The position numbers and the translations under genes were made by a program. From Pseudonocardiaceae bacterium (GTDB lineage Bacteria; Actinomycetota; Actinomycetes; Mycobacteriales; Pseudonocardiaceae), in assembly GCA_036503065.1 (NCBI GenBank), contig DASXXM010000151.1, forward strand, positions 2,539 through 66,538: a DNA stretch of 64,000 bases, given 5' to 3'. Positions 37,919 through 47,274 of this stretch are shown here, in pieces. Every line of letters begins with the position of its first letter. Within the stretch, counting starts at the first letter, position 1. Under the pieces are notes generated by a model. That model did not search any database. It was given only the letters and a program-made list of their open reading frames with translations, and was not told the origin of the DNA.

Positions 37919-38430
37919 TGGATCGCCTGACCGAATGCGTGTTCCGGCTGCCCGATCTCGGCGAGGGCCTGGTGTCCGGCGAGATCATCGAATGGCTCGT
38001 CAAGGTCGGCGAGCAGGTCGAGGTGGACCAACTGGTCGTGGTGGTCGAGACGGAGAAGACCACCGTCGAACTGCCGATCCCCTTCGGGGGAACGGTGGTT
38101 CGGCTGCACGGCGAGCCCGCGGACCGGCTGCCGGTCGGCGCGCCGCTGGTCACCATCGAGGCGGCGGAAGTCCCGGACCGGCCGGCGAGCGCGATCACCC
38201 ATCTCGTCGGGCAGGGTCCGAACCTGGCTGCCGCGGACGCCGACGACCGGCTGGCCGGCATTCGCAGGCTGCCGCAGAAGACACAGCGCGAGCGTGTCGC
38301 GGCATCGCCCGCGGTGCGCCGACTGGCCCGCGAACTGGACGTGGACCTGAGCGGCGTCGTCGGCACCGGTATGGGCGGCGCGATCACGAAGGACGACGTG
38401 TCCGCCGCGAGCCGGAATGCCGAAAGCTGA
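37918..38430 (+). CDS. truncated E2: lipoyl domain plus E1/E3-binding domain only, no acyltransferase core
   Basis: 170 aa with a TAATG overlap. The lipoyl-lysine context is VVVETEKTTVELP. The subunit-binding domain is ASPAVRRLARELDVDLSGVVGTGMGGAITKDDV. The ORF then ends, and the next gene is MaoC-like. Confidence 0.8.
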   Translation: MDRLTECVFRLPDLGEGLVSGEIIEWLVKVGEQVEVDQLVVVVETEKTTVELPIPFGGTVVRLHGEPADRLPVGAPLVTIEAAEVPDRPASAITHLVGQGPNLAAADADDRLAGIRRLPQKTQRERVAASPAVRRLARELDVDLSGVVGTGMGGAITKDDVSAASRNAES

Positions 38431-38885
38431 TGGCGACCTTCGACAGCATCGACGCGCTGACCGCGGCCGTTGGCCAGACGCTGGGCACCACCGAGTGGCA
38501 GGTGGTGTCGCAGGAGCGAATCCGGGCGTTCGCGGACGTCACGGGTGACCATCAGTGGATTCATGTGGACGAGGAGCGTGCTCAGGTCGAGAGCCCGTTC
38601 GGCACGACGGTCGCGCACGGGGCGCTCACGCTGGCGCTGGTGCCGGTGTTCGTGGGCGAACTGGTCCGGGTGCCCGGCGCCAGCATGGTGGTCAACGGCG
38701 GACTGGAGCGGGTCCGCTTTCGCGCGCCGGTGCCGGCAGGGGCCAAGGTGCGCGGAATGGTCAAGCTGCTGAGCACGGTCGAACTGGCCGACGCGACGCA
38801 GGTGGTCGCGCGGGCCACCGTGCAGGTGTACGGGGAACAGAAACCGGCGTGCGTCGCTGATCAGGTGATGGTGTTGCATGACTGA
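38430..38885 (+). CDS. MaoC-like (R)-specific enoyl-CoA hydratase/dehydratase
   Basis: 151 aa with the hot-dog motif FADVTGDHQWIHVDEERA. Confidence 0.8.
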   Translation: MATFDSIDALTAAVGQTLGTTEWQVVSQERIRAFADVTGDHQWIHVDEERAQVESPFGTTVAHGALTLALVPVFVGELVRVPGASMVVNGGLERVRFRAPVPAGAKVRGMVKLLSTVELADATQVVARATVQVYGEQKPACVADQVMVLHD

Positions 38886-39711
38886 CGAACCCGCGGTGCG
38901 CCGCGAAACGTTCGGTTCCGTGGTGTTGCTGACGATGAACCGCCCGGCACGCGGCAACACGTTGGACGCCGAGGTACTCGACGGACTCGTCACGCACACC
39001 ACCGAACTGGTCGACGACGACAACGTGCGCGCGCTCGTGCTGACCGGCGCGGGCGAGCATTTCTCGCTTGGCGGCGCGCTGACCGATTTCGAGGAAGCGC
39101 TGTCCGGCGGTGCACACGGTGCGCTCAGGTACTGCAAGGAACGCACCGAAGCGCTGGCGACTGTCGTGTTGAATCTGTTCGACATGCCGTTTCCGGTGAT
39201 CGCCGCGGTGAACGGGCAGGCGGCCGGCGCCGGTTTCTCCCTGACGCTGGCCTGTGACCTTCGGATCGCTGCCCAGCACGCAAAGCTGCATTTCGCGTAC
39301 GGCTCGCTCGGGGCGTCCACCGACGGCGGGATGAGCTGGCTGCTGCCCAGGGTGGTCGGTCCGGCTCGAGCACTGGCGCTGCTGCTGGAACAGCCGATCA
39401 TCCGGACGCCACGGGCCAGGCAGGAGGGTCTGGTCACCGAGGTGGTGCCGGCCGCGGAATTGCGCGACCGAGCATTGCGAATGGCGACGGACCTCAGCCA
39501 GAACGCGCGTCATTCGGTCACCGCGGCAAAGCGGCTCGTGCATGCGTCGGCGTTTGCCACGCTGGCCGAGCACATGCGAGAGGAACACCGTACGTTCGGC
39601 GACGGCCTGCTCGGTCCGGACATGCGGACCGCGCTCGCCGCTCGTCGGATCGGCGAGATGCCTTCGTTCGGTCTATCTGGAGGAAGCGATGAGTATCAGC
39701 CAGTCCGATAA
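38878..39711 (+). CDS. enoyl-CoA hydratase/isomerase (crotonase) family protein
   Basis: 277 aa. Motifs are LTGAGEHFSLGG and AAVNGQAAGAGFSLTLACDLRIA. Confidence 0.8.
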   Translation: MTDEPAVRRETFGSVVLLTMNRPARGNTLDAEVLDGLVTHTTELVDDDNVRALVLTGAGEHFSLGGALTDFEEALSGGAHGALRYCKERTEALATVVLNLFDMPFPVIAAVNGQAAGAGFSLTLACDLRIAAQHAKLHFAYGSLGASTDGGMSWLLPRVVGPARALALLLEQPIIRTPRARQEGLVTEVVPAAELRDRALRMATDLSQNARHSVTAAKRLVHASAFATLAEHMREEHRTFGDGLLGPDMRTALAARRIGEMPSFGLSGGSDEYQPVR

Positions 39712-39973
39712 CATGTCAGCCGCGCCGGCCGACATTACGGACCTACGCGAGGAGATCGACCGGCTTGATTCGGAGATCCTGCGGTTGGTGAAGCGCAGGG
39801 CGGCGGTGTCGCAGGACATCGGTCGGCAGCGGATGGCGTCCGGTGGTACCCGGATCGTGGTCAGCCGGGAAATGGCGGTGCTGAATCGGTATCGCGAGCT
39901 GGGGCCGGAAGGTCGACAACTGGCCATGGCGCTGCTGACTCTTGGCCGCGGTCGATTGGGACGAGTCCTGTAA
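39689..39973 (+). CDS. AroQ-class chorismate mutase (small, CM_2)
   Basis: 94 aa with GGAGGA as RBS. The sequence is LREEIDRLDSEILRLVKRRAAVSQDIGRQR...SREMAVLNRY. It overlaps the crotonase 3' end by 23 nt. Confidence 0.7.
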   Translation: MSISQSDNMSAAPADITDLREEIDRLDSEILRLVKRRAAVSQDIGRQRMASGGTRIVVSREMAVLNRYRELGPEGRQLAMALLTLGRGRLGRVL

Positions 39974-39980
39974 TGTCGAG

Positions 39981-40025
39981 GTTGGTGGTTGTCGAGACCG
40001 AAAGAGTATCTTGACAACCACCAAC
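39981..40025. terminator. hairpin between convergent genes
   Basis: GTTGGTGGTTGTC, a 19-nt loop, then GACAACCACCAAC. This is a perfect 13-bp stem. Confidence 0.6.
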
Positions 40026-40042
40026 AATCGCCCAAGAGGACG

Positions 40043-40687
40043 TTACCCGACACCGCCATTCCGCAGAGCGTCGAGCACGTCGAGGTAGCCATCGCCGGCA
40101 CGCCACAATGCATCGGCGACGGGCTCCAACTTGCCGGGGCTCCAACGCCGTTCGTCATAGTCCCGACTGCGCCCACGCAGCGCCGCCAGGCTCACCCCGA
40201 GCTCGTCGTCCAGCCGCGTACGCAACTCCGCCGCCGTCGGGGCCGGCAGGCGAACCGACTCGGCTCGTCCTTCCCGCAACGCCGCGATGGTCTCCTCGGC
40301 GACCCCACTCGCTGAGTCCCACACGAGCGCGGGCCGGTCGACGTAGTGGTTCCAGATCGGCGCGTGGACCGATCGCCACAGGGGCACGATCGGATTCTTG
40401 GCCAGTCGGGTGGCGTAGGCCCACTGCTGACCACCGGATGGCTCGCCCAACCACGGAACCTCGTCGACCGGCAGGTCAACGCCCAAAGCCACGGTGACCG
40501 CCTCGATGTCACCGACGGCACCCAGGATGTCGCCGACCGCCCACAGTTGGACGACACGCACCGGGAAGATCGACCGTGGCTTGGTGATCATCTCCGCGCA
40601 GGTCTCCGCCAGCGTCTCCACATGATGGACAGCGCGGCTCCACTTCACCCGACCCATCATGCCCGCCACCGGAACAGCCGGGGCCAC
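40043..40687 (-). CDS. hypothetical protein
   Basis: 214-aa ORF with high GC3. No motif recognised, and the start is uncertain. Confidence 0.5.
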   Translation of the reverse strand: MAPAVPVAGMMGRVKWSRAVHHVETLAETCAEMITKPRSIFPVRVVQLWAVGDILGAVGDIEAVTVALGVDLPVDEVPWLGEPSGGQQWAYATRLAKNPIVPLWRSVHAPIWNHYVDRPALVWDSASGVAEETIAALREGRAESVRLPAPTAAELRTRLDDELGVSLAALRGRSRDYDERRWSPGKLEPVADALWRAGDGYLDVLDALRNGGVG

Positions 40688-40693
40688 CGGGCC

Positions 40694-41389
40694 CTAGGCG
40701 TTGCTGCCCAACAGGTTGGCGCGGACCGTGGTCAGGTGGGCCTGCATGGCCGCGACGGCGGCAGCACTGTCCCGGGTGCGCAGTGCATCCACGACCAGGT
40801 GATGTTGTGCGCGGTAGTGCACCCGCCGCTCCGTCGAATCGTTGCGTCGCTTCAGATCTCCCCAGAGCTGGCCGTGGCGGGCGGTCTCGACACAGGCGTA
40901 CAGGCGCAGCAGCAACGGATTGTGGCTGGCCGCCATCAGGCATCGGTGCAGCGCCAGGTCCCACAACTCGAAATCGGCGTAGGTGTCCGCCGACTCGCCA
41001 CCGACCAGGCAGCGTCGCATCTCCTCGAAGTCGCGGCCGGTCGCTCGTGCCACGACGATCGGCATGGCCTGGGGCTCCAGTAGCAGCCGGACGGTCATCA
41101 CGTCGGCGGGGCCGACGTCGGTGACGTCGACGAGGCCGTCCGTGTCGTCCGAGTCGGCGATCGGCTCGAACCGGCGGATGAACGTGCCCCGGCCCACCTC
41201 GCGGGAGATCGCGCCTGCCGCCTCGAGCCGGGCCAACGCGTGCCGGACGACCGTGCGACTCACGCCGAGGTCGTCGGCGAGGGTGCGCTCGGTGGGCAGC
41301 CGGCCGCCGACTCGCCTACCGGCGTCCTCGGCCTCGCGCAGGATGCGGCGCGCGAGTTCGTCACCGTTGAGGTCTGCCGGGGTGCGCAA
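40694..41389 (-). CDS. GntR-family (FadR/FCD subfamily) transcriptional regulator
   Basis: 231 aa. The HTH is LPTERTLADDLGVSRTVVRHALARLEAAGAI, followed by a helical C-terminal domain. Confidence 0.85.
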   Translation of the reverse strand: MRTPADLNGDELARRILREAEDAGRRVGGRLPTERTLADDLGVSRTVVRHALARLEAAGAISREVGRGTFIRRFEPIADSDDTDGLVDVTDVGPADVMTVRLLLEPQAMPIVVARATGRDFEEMRRCLVGGESADTYADFELWDLALHRCLMAASHNPLLLRLYACVETARHGQLWGDLKRRNDSTERRVHYRAQHHLVVDALRTRDSAAAVAAMQAHLTTVRANLLGSNA

Positions 41390-41481
41390 CGCGCCTCCAT
41401 TCCGTTGTGCTGAACCAATTCTACCAATGTGGCCGGGTGCGCCCTTGACGGGTCCGTGTCCAGCGACCTATGGTCAACCAA

Positions 41482-41507
41482 TTGCGATTGTAGCCTACCA
41501 ATCGCAA
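41482..41507. promoter_or_regulatory. inverted repeat, candidate GntR operator
   Basis: TTGCGATTG, 8 nt, then CAATCGCAA. This is a perfect 9-bp inverted repeat in the GntR/FAH divergent region. ACCAAT is repeated 4 more times nearby. Confidence 0.4.
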
Positions 41508-41537
41508 CCAATCTGCCTCGGTCGGGAGGACTCACCG

Positions 41538-42443
41538 TTGAGACTCGCCACGATCAGCACCAGTGACGGTCCCCGCCTGCACGTGCGCGGACGCTCCGGC
41601 TACGTCGATGTCGCGACCGAATCGGGCGAAGCGGAACTGCGCGACCTGACCGGATTCCTGGCCGGCGGCGCCGCCGCTGCCGACCTGGTGGCGCGACTGT
41701 CCCAGCTGGACGGACGGGAGTACGCCGAGTCCGAACTCGCCGCGGCGGTCCCGGAGCCGAACCGGATTCTGTGCCTCGGGCTGAACTACCGCGAGCACGC
41801 CCTCGAGGGCGGCCGTGCGGTGCCGTCGTGGCCCGAGTCGTTCGTGCGCGGGCGCGGCAGCGTGCTGGCACCGTTCGCGGACCTGGTCAAACCCGCTTTC
41901 TGCCAGGGTTTCGACTACGAGGGCGAACTCGGCGTGGTGATCGGCCGGGGCGGGCGTTACCTGTCCGCCGACAAGGCACTGGACGCCGTCGCCGGCTTCA
42001 CCGTGCTCAACGACGCGTCCGCACGCGAATGGCAGCGCGCCGGCAGCCAGTGGACGCCGGGCAAGAACTTCGACGGCTCCATGCCGATCGGACCCGAACT
42101 GGTGACCAGCGACGAACTGGACGCCACGGACCTCGCGCTGACCACCCGGCTCAACGGCAACGTCATGCAGGCCGCCCGCACCGCACAGATGATCGTCGAC
42201 ATCGCGAGCGCCATCGAGTTCTTCTCCTCCTTCACCACCCTGATGCCCGGCGACGTGATCGCCACCGGCACCCCGGGCGGCGTCGGGTTCGCCCGCACAC
42301 CACCGGTCTGGCTGATGCCGGGCGACGTCGTCGAGGTCGAGATCGAGGGCATCGGCACCATCCGCAACACCGTCGTCGCCGAACAGCACGCACCCAGCGA
42401 CTGGCGCTGGGCTCCGGTCGCCGCAACCACGGGTGTGTTGTGA
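41538..42443 (+). CDS. fumarylacetoacetate hydrolase (FAH) family protein
   Basis: TTG start after GGGAGGA. Motifs are CLGLNYREHA and FDYEGELGVVIG, ending in GDVIATGTPGGVG. Confidence 0.8.
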   Translation: MRLATISTSDGPRLHVRGRSGYVDVATESGEAELRDLTGFLAGGAAAADLVARLSQLDGREYAESELAAAVPEPNRILCLGLNYREHALEGGRAVPSWPESFVRGRGSVLAPFADLVKPAFCQGFDYEGELGVVIGRGGRYLSADKALDAVAGFTVLNDASAREWQRAGSQWTPGKNFDGSMPIGPELVTSDELDATDLALTTRLNGNVMQAARTAQMIVDIASAIEFFSSFTTLMPGDVIATGTPGGVGFARTPPVWLMPGDVVEVEIEGIGTIRNTVVAEQHAPSDWRWAPVAATTGVL

Positions 42444-42479
42444 CGACCTGACCGAACGAAAGCGGAGGGAGTCGACGCC

Positions 42480-43775
42480 ATGAGACGACGACTGGCGGCC
42501 GTGACAGCGATGGCGGCGGTGGCGCTCGCGGCCTGCGGGAGCACGTCGTCGGGCGGCGGCAGCGGTGGCAGTGGCCCGCTCACCATCGCCGACCTCGCGC
42601 CGTTCACCGGACCGGACGCCAACCTCGGGCCGATCTACCTGGCCTCCTGCTTCGGCGCGACCAGGGCCATCAACAACGCGGGCGGCGTGCTCGGCCACAC
42701 GGTCAACTGCAAGTCCGTGGACACCAGGGGCGACCCCGCCGACGCGGTCCCGGCCACCCGGCAGATGTTCGCCAGCACCAGCAACCTCGCGCTGGTGATC
42801 GGCGTGACGTCGGACGAGGCGGCGTCGGTGGTGCCGATCATCAACTCGAACAAGACCGTCGTGTTCGGCATGACCGGCCAGTCCGAGTTCGACAGCACCC
42901 ACTTCGACTACTTCTACCGGCTGGTCGCGCCCGACCTGGACGAGTCGTACGCGATGGTCGCCATCGCCAGACAGAAGCACTACTCGAAGATCGCGCTGGC
43001 GTTCGGCAACGACATCGGCTCGCAGACCTTCGTCGCGCCTGCCGTCAGCGCCGTCAAGAAGGCCGGCATGACGCTGGTGGACAACGAAACGCTGGACCTG
43101 CACGCGACCACGTTCCGCACCGAGGCGGCCAAGATCGTCGCCGCGCACCCGGACGTCATCCTGACCGAGGCGCTCGGCGCCACCGCGGCCAGCTTCCTGA
43201 GTGAGGTCAAGCAGCTCAACGGCGGCACGATGATCCCGATCATCGGCACGTCGGCCACCATCGACCCGGCCTGGTACTCGTCGGTTTCCGGCGCGATCGG
43301 CGCGAGCACCCTGACCAGCAGCTACGTGGCCGACAACCTGGTGGTCGAGTCGACCGGGGCCGGGTACCTGGCCTTCTCGCAGAACCTGTTGGCGGAGAAG
43401 GGAAAGGTCGGCAACACCGGTAACTTCGACACCTATCTGACCGCGCCCGGCGCCGTGCACCTGTACGACGGGATCAACCTGGCGGCGCTGGCGATGATCG
43501 AGGCGAAGAGCACCGACGCCACGGTGTTCCGGCCGTTCGTCGAGAAGATCGGCAACGGTGTGCCGGGCGCCACCGTGGTGACCTCGTTCGCCGACGGTGT
43601 CGCTGCGCTCAAGGCGGGCAAGACCATCCGGTACGTCGGTCCTGGCGGTCCGACCAACTTCGACAGCTTCCACGACTCGACCGGACTGTTCGAAGTGGAC
43701 ACCTACGACGCCACCGGTCAGGTCAAGGTGGTCGGGACGTTGACACCGCAAGAGCTGCGGGCGCTGGCGGGATGA
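42480..43775 (+). CDS. ABC transporter substrate-binding lipoprotein (branched-chain amino acid type)
   Basis: 431 aa. The lipobox is AVALAACGS. Confidence 0.8.
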   Translation: MRRRLAAVTAMAAVALAACGSTSSGGGSGGSGPLTIADLAPFTGPDANLGPIYLASCFGATRAINNAGGVLGHTVNCKSVDTRGDPADAVPATRQMFASTSNLALVIGVTSDEAASVVPIINSNKTVVFGMTGQSEFDSTHFDYFYRLVAPDLDESYAMVAIARQKHYSKIALAFGNDIGSQTFVAPAVSAVKKAGMTLVDNETLDLHATTFRTEAAKIVAAHPDVILTEALGATAASFLSEVKQLNGGTMIPIIGTSATIDPAWYSSVSGAIGASTLTSSYVADNLVVESTGAGYLAFSQNLLAEKGKVGNTGNFDTYLTAPGAVHLYDGINLAALAMIEAKSTDATVFRPFVEKIGNGVPGATVVTSFADGVAALKAGKTIRYVGPGGPTNFDSFHDSTGLFEVDTYDATGQVKVVGTLTPQELRALAG

Positions 43776-44638
43776 ACCTGCTGCTGGCGTCGCTCGGCTT
43801 CGGGCTGGTGACCGCGGCCGTACTCGCGATCGCCTCGGTCGGGTTCACCATGCAGTTCGCGGTCACCGACGTGCTGAACCTGGCCTACGGCGCGGTGATG
43901 ATCGTCTGCGCCTACGTCGCCTACGCCGTCAACCAGGCCGGGATCTCGGTCTGGCTCGGCGTCGCGGTCGCCGCGGTGCTCGGTGCGCTGATCTCGGTGG
44001 CGCTGAACCGGGGCGTCTACACGCCGTTCCAGCGCAGGGGCACCTCGCCGATCGCGATCGTCATCGTGTCGCTCGGCCTGACCCTGATCCTGGAGTTCGG
44101 CCTGCAGGCGGTCGTCGGCGGCAACAACGTGTCCTACCGGGTCAGCCAGGGACCGACCCTGCACGTGGGTGGGCTGCAACTGACCGTGGTGCAGTTGGTG
44201 ATCATCGGGTTGAGCCTGGTCGCGATGCTGTCCGTGCACACGCTGCTGGCGTTCACCAAGCTGGGCAAGGCGATGCGGGCCACGGCGGCGGACAGGTCGC
44301 TGGCCCGCACCTGTGGCATCCGGACCGATCGGGTGGTCACCGTCACCTGGCTGCTCTCCGGTGCGCTGTGCGGCATCGGTGGCGCGGTCTTCGCCCTTGA
44401 CGCGGGCAGTTTCGGCGCCACCAGCACGGACCTGTTCCTGGTGCTGATCCTGGCCGCGGTGTTTCTCGGCGGCCCCGGCCAGTCCTACGGCGCGATGCTG
44501 GGCGCGCTGGTGATCGGGATCGGCACGGAGGTCAGCGCCGCGTACATCACGCCGGAATACAAGGACGTGGTGGCGTTCGTGCTGCTGCTGATCATGCTGG
44601 CGGTGCGCCCGACGGGCCTGCTCGGCTCGCGAGCCTGA
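43772..44638 (+). CDS. livH: branched-chain amino acid ABC permease (LivH-like)
   Basis: 288 aa, polytopic, with an ATGA overlap. Confidence 0.75.
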   Translation: MNLLLASLGFGLVTAAVLAIASVGFTMQFAVTDVLNLAYGAVMIVCAYVAYAVNQAGISVWLGVAVAAVLGALISVALNRGVYTPFQRRGTSPIAIVIVSLGLTLILEFGLQAVVGGNNVSYRVSQGPTLHVGGLQLTVVQLVIIGLSLVAMLSVHTLLAFTKLGKAMRATAADRSLARTCGIRTDRVVTVTWLLSGALCGIGGAVFALDAGSFGATSTDLFLVLILAAVFLGGPGQSYGAMLGALVIGIGTEVSAAYITPEYKDVVAFVLLLIMLAVRPTGLLGSRA

Positions 44639-44647
44639 GGGGGACGC

Positions 44648-46477
44648 GTGAGTAGCGGAATCGTCTTCTACCTCACCACGCTGCTGGTCTACGCGGGCGT
44701 GGACATCCTGGCGTGCCTCGGCCTGAGCCAGCAGTTCGGCGTTGCGGGGGTGACCAACTTCGGCTTCATCATCTTCCAGGCCGCAGGCGCCTACGCCGCG
44801 TCGGTGCTGTCGCTGCCCGGTGACGGTGCCAACGGCGGTTTCCAGAGCTATCTCGGTGGCTGGTCGCTGCCGTTTCCGCTGCCGTGGCTGGGTGCCGCGT
44901 TGGTCGGCGGGCTGCTGGCGGTGCCGTTCACGTTCCTGGTCGGCAGGCGGCTGCGGGGTGACTTCGCCGCGATCGGACTGCTCGTCACGGCGGTGATGGC
45001 GAACCTGCTGATCACCAACTACCGGCCGCTGTTCAACGGCTCGGCCGGCCTGTCGCTGGTGCCCGCGCCGCTGCAGGACCGGTTCAACCCGCAGTTGGTC
45101 GGCTACCAGTGGGGATACGCGGCCGCGGCACTCGTGCTGGCACTCCTGGTCTACCTGTTCCTGCGGCGGGTCACCGAATCGCCGTACGGGCGAACGCTGC
45201 GTGCCATGCGCGACAACGACGTGGTGGCCGACTCGCTGGGCAAGAACCTCGTCGCGCTGCGGCTGGCGATGCTGGTGCTCGGCGGCGCGGTCGCCGGGCT
45301 GTCCGGCGGCATCCTGGTCGGGTTCATCAACCTGTGGGCGCCGTCGGGCTGGACCTATGCGGAGACCATCGTGCTGTTCGCGGCGGTCATCATCGGCGGC
45401 GCCGGCAATCACCGGGGCGCGGTGCTCGGCGCGCTGCTGGTGCCGCTGCTGTTCGAGGAACTGACCAGGTTCATCCCGGCGTTCGGGCCACCGGGGCTGA
45501 TTCCCGCGTTGCAGTGGGTGGCCATCGGGCTGTTGATCGTGGTGTTCCTCTGGTTCCGGCCCCAGGGCGTGCTGCCGGAACGACGTCGGGTCACCACACG
45601 CTTCGCCACCGCGCCAACCGTTGTCGCGGACGAGGACGACTGGGTGTTGCCGGGCGCGGTCACGCCGGACCCGGCGAAGCTCAGCGTGGTGATCTCCGAT
45701 CCGATACCGACCGAGCCGTCCGAGGTGGTCCTGCGGGCGGATGCGTTGACCCGCACGTTCGACGGGGTCGCGGTGGTGTCCGGCGTGACGTTCGAACTGC
45801 GGCGGGGCCGGCTGACCGGACTGATCGGACCGAACGGGGCCGGCAAGTCCACCACACTGGCCATGCTGGCCGGCACTCTCGCGGCGACATCGGGTCGGGT
45901 GCTGTTCGACGGCCGGGACGTGACCCGGCTGCCGGCGTTCCGGCGGGCACGTGGCGGGCTGCTGCGCACGTTCCAACTGGCCAGCGAGTTCAAGCGCCTC
46001 ACCGTGCTGGAGAACCTGTTGTCCGCGGTGCCGCGCCAGCCGGGTGACACCTTCCACGGCGCGGTGCTGGGTCGCCGCTACTGGCGGGCCGCCGAGGAAC
46101 GGGCGATCGACCGCGCCGAGGTGATGCTCGACGAATTCGGGCTGGCCGGCTACGCCAACCAGTACGCGGGCGATCTCAGCGGCGGGCAGCGGCGGCTGGT
46201 GGAGATCATGCGGGCGCTGATGGCCGAGCCGTCCGTGCTGTTGCTGGACGAACCGGTCGCCGGCGTGCATCCGCATCTCGCGCACGAGATCGGCGAGCAC
46301 CTGCTGCGGCTGTGCGCCGGCGGAATGACGATCATGATGGTCGAGCACGAACTCGCGATCATGGACGAGTTCTGCGACCCGGTGGTGGTGATGGCCGAGG
46401 GGCAGGTGCTGGCGGAGGGCACCATGCAGGTGTTGCGTGGCCGTTCCGACGTCGTGGAGGCATATCTTGTCGGCTGA
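44648..46477 (+). CDS. LivM-like permease fused to LivG-like ATPase
   Basis: 609 aa. The N-terminal half is a permease. The C-terminal half has Walker A GPNGAGKST and signature LSGGQRRLVEI. Confidence 0.8.
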   Translation: MSSGIVFYLTTLLVYAGVDILACLGLSQQFGVAGVTNFGFIIFQAAGAYAASVLSLPGDGANGGFQSYLGGWSLPFPLPWLGAALVGGLLAVPFTFLVGRRLRGDFAAIGLLVTAVMANLLITNYRPLFNGSAGLSLVPAPLQDRFNPQLVGYQWGYAAAALVLALLVYLFLRRVTESPYGRTLRAMRDNDVVADSLGKNLVALRLAMLVLGGAVAGLSGGILVGFINLWAPSGWTYAETIVLFAAVIIGGAGNHRGAVLGALLVPLLFEELTRFIPAFGPPGLIPALQWVAIGLLIVVFLWFRPQGVLPERRRVTTRFATAPTVVADEDDWVLPGAVTPDPAKLSVVISDPIPTEPSEVVLRADALTRTFDGVAVVSGVTFELRRGRLTGLIGPNGAGKSTTLAMLAGTLAATSGRVLFDGRDVTRLPAFRRARGGLLRTFQLASEFKRLTVLENLLSAVPRQPGDTFHGAVLGRRYWRAAEERAIDRAEVMLDEFGLAGYANQYAGDLSGGQRRLVEIMRALMAEPSVLLLDEPVAGVHPHLAHEIGEHLLRLCAGGMTIMMVEHELAIMDEFCDPVVVMAEGQVLAEGTMQVLRGRSDVVEAYLVG

Positions 46478-46478
46478 C

Positions 46479-47225
46479 GTGATTCCGTTGTCCACGAAGC
46501 GCGGCGCCGCACTGCGGACCGTGGCGCTCAGTGCCGGTTACGGCGGCCGGCCGGTCGTGCACGGCGTGTCGATCGACGTGGCGCCCGGCCAGGTGGTGTC
46601 CATCGTCGGGCCCAACGGTTCCGGCAAGTCGACGCTGCTCAAAGGGATCGTCGGCGTGGTGCGGGTGTTGTCCGGCCAGGTGCTGCTCGGCGGTGCCGAC
46701 ATCACGAACCGGCCGCCGGAGTTCGTCGCCCGCGCCGGGGTGGGTTACGTCCCGCAGGTGGACGACGTGTTCGGGCCGCTCTCGGTGCGGGAGAACCTGG
46801 AGATGGGCGGCTACCTGTTGCGCGGCAAGGAGATCCCCGGCCGGATCGACAGGGTGATCGGCTACTTTCCCGCGCTGGGCCCGTTGCTCGGCCGGCGGGC
46901 CGGCAAGCTGTCCGGCGGGGAACGGAAGATGCTGGCGATGGGCCGGGTGCTGATGCTGCAGCCCGCGCTGTTCGTGCTCGACGAGCCGACGGCGAACCTG
47001 GCGCCCGCGATCGCCAGGCGGCTGCTGCACGAGCACGTGCGCCAACTGTCCGTGGACGGCGCGTCGGTGCTCATCGTGGAGCAGCGCGCCAAGGCGGTAC
47101 TGGAGATCTCCGACCACACCTACGTGCTGGCCGGCGGCCGGCTGCGGATGGCGGGGAGTCCGGCGGAACTGGCCGACAGCCCGGAATTCGTCAGCTCCTT
47201 CCTGGGTGGCGGCCCGACGCTGTGA
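46479..47225 (+). CDS. livF: ABC ATPase (LivF-like)
   Basis: The track ORF is 46437..47225. The in-frame GTG at 46479 lies just after the upstream stop. Motifs are GPNGSGKST and LSGGERKMLAM. Confidence 0.8.
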   Translation: MIPLSTKRGAALRTVALSAGYGGRPVVHGVSIDVAPGQVVSIVGPNGSGKSTLLKGIVGVVRVLSGQVLLGGADITNRPPEFVARAGVGYVPQVDDVFGPLSVRENLEMGGYLLRGKEIPGRIDRVIGYFPALGPLLGRRAGKLSGGERKMLAMGRVLMLQPALFVLDEPTANLAPAIARRLLHEHVRQLSVDGASVLIVEQRAKAVLEISDHTYVLAGGRLRMAGSPAELADSPEFVSSFLGGGPTL

Positions 47226-47274
47226 CATGGCGCGCTGGCGCGCGCGGGTCGTCGGGTCTGGGATCATCGTCGCC

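Noticed and set aside
41532-46495. Long minus-strand ORFs 41532..43751 (739 aa) and 43718..46495 (925 aa)
   Set aside because: They are antisense to the FAH/Liv ABC genes, which have clear motifs. Their composition is dominated by R, G, D, H, Q and P.
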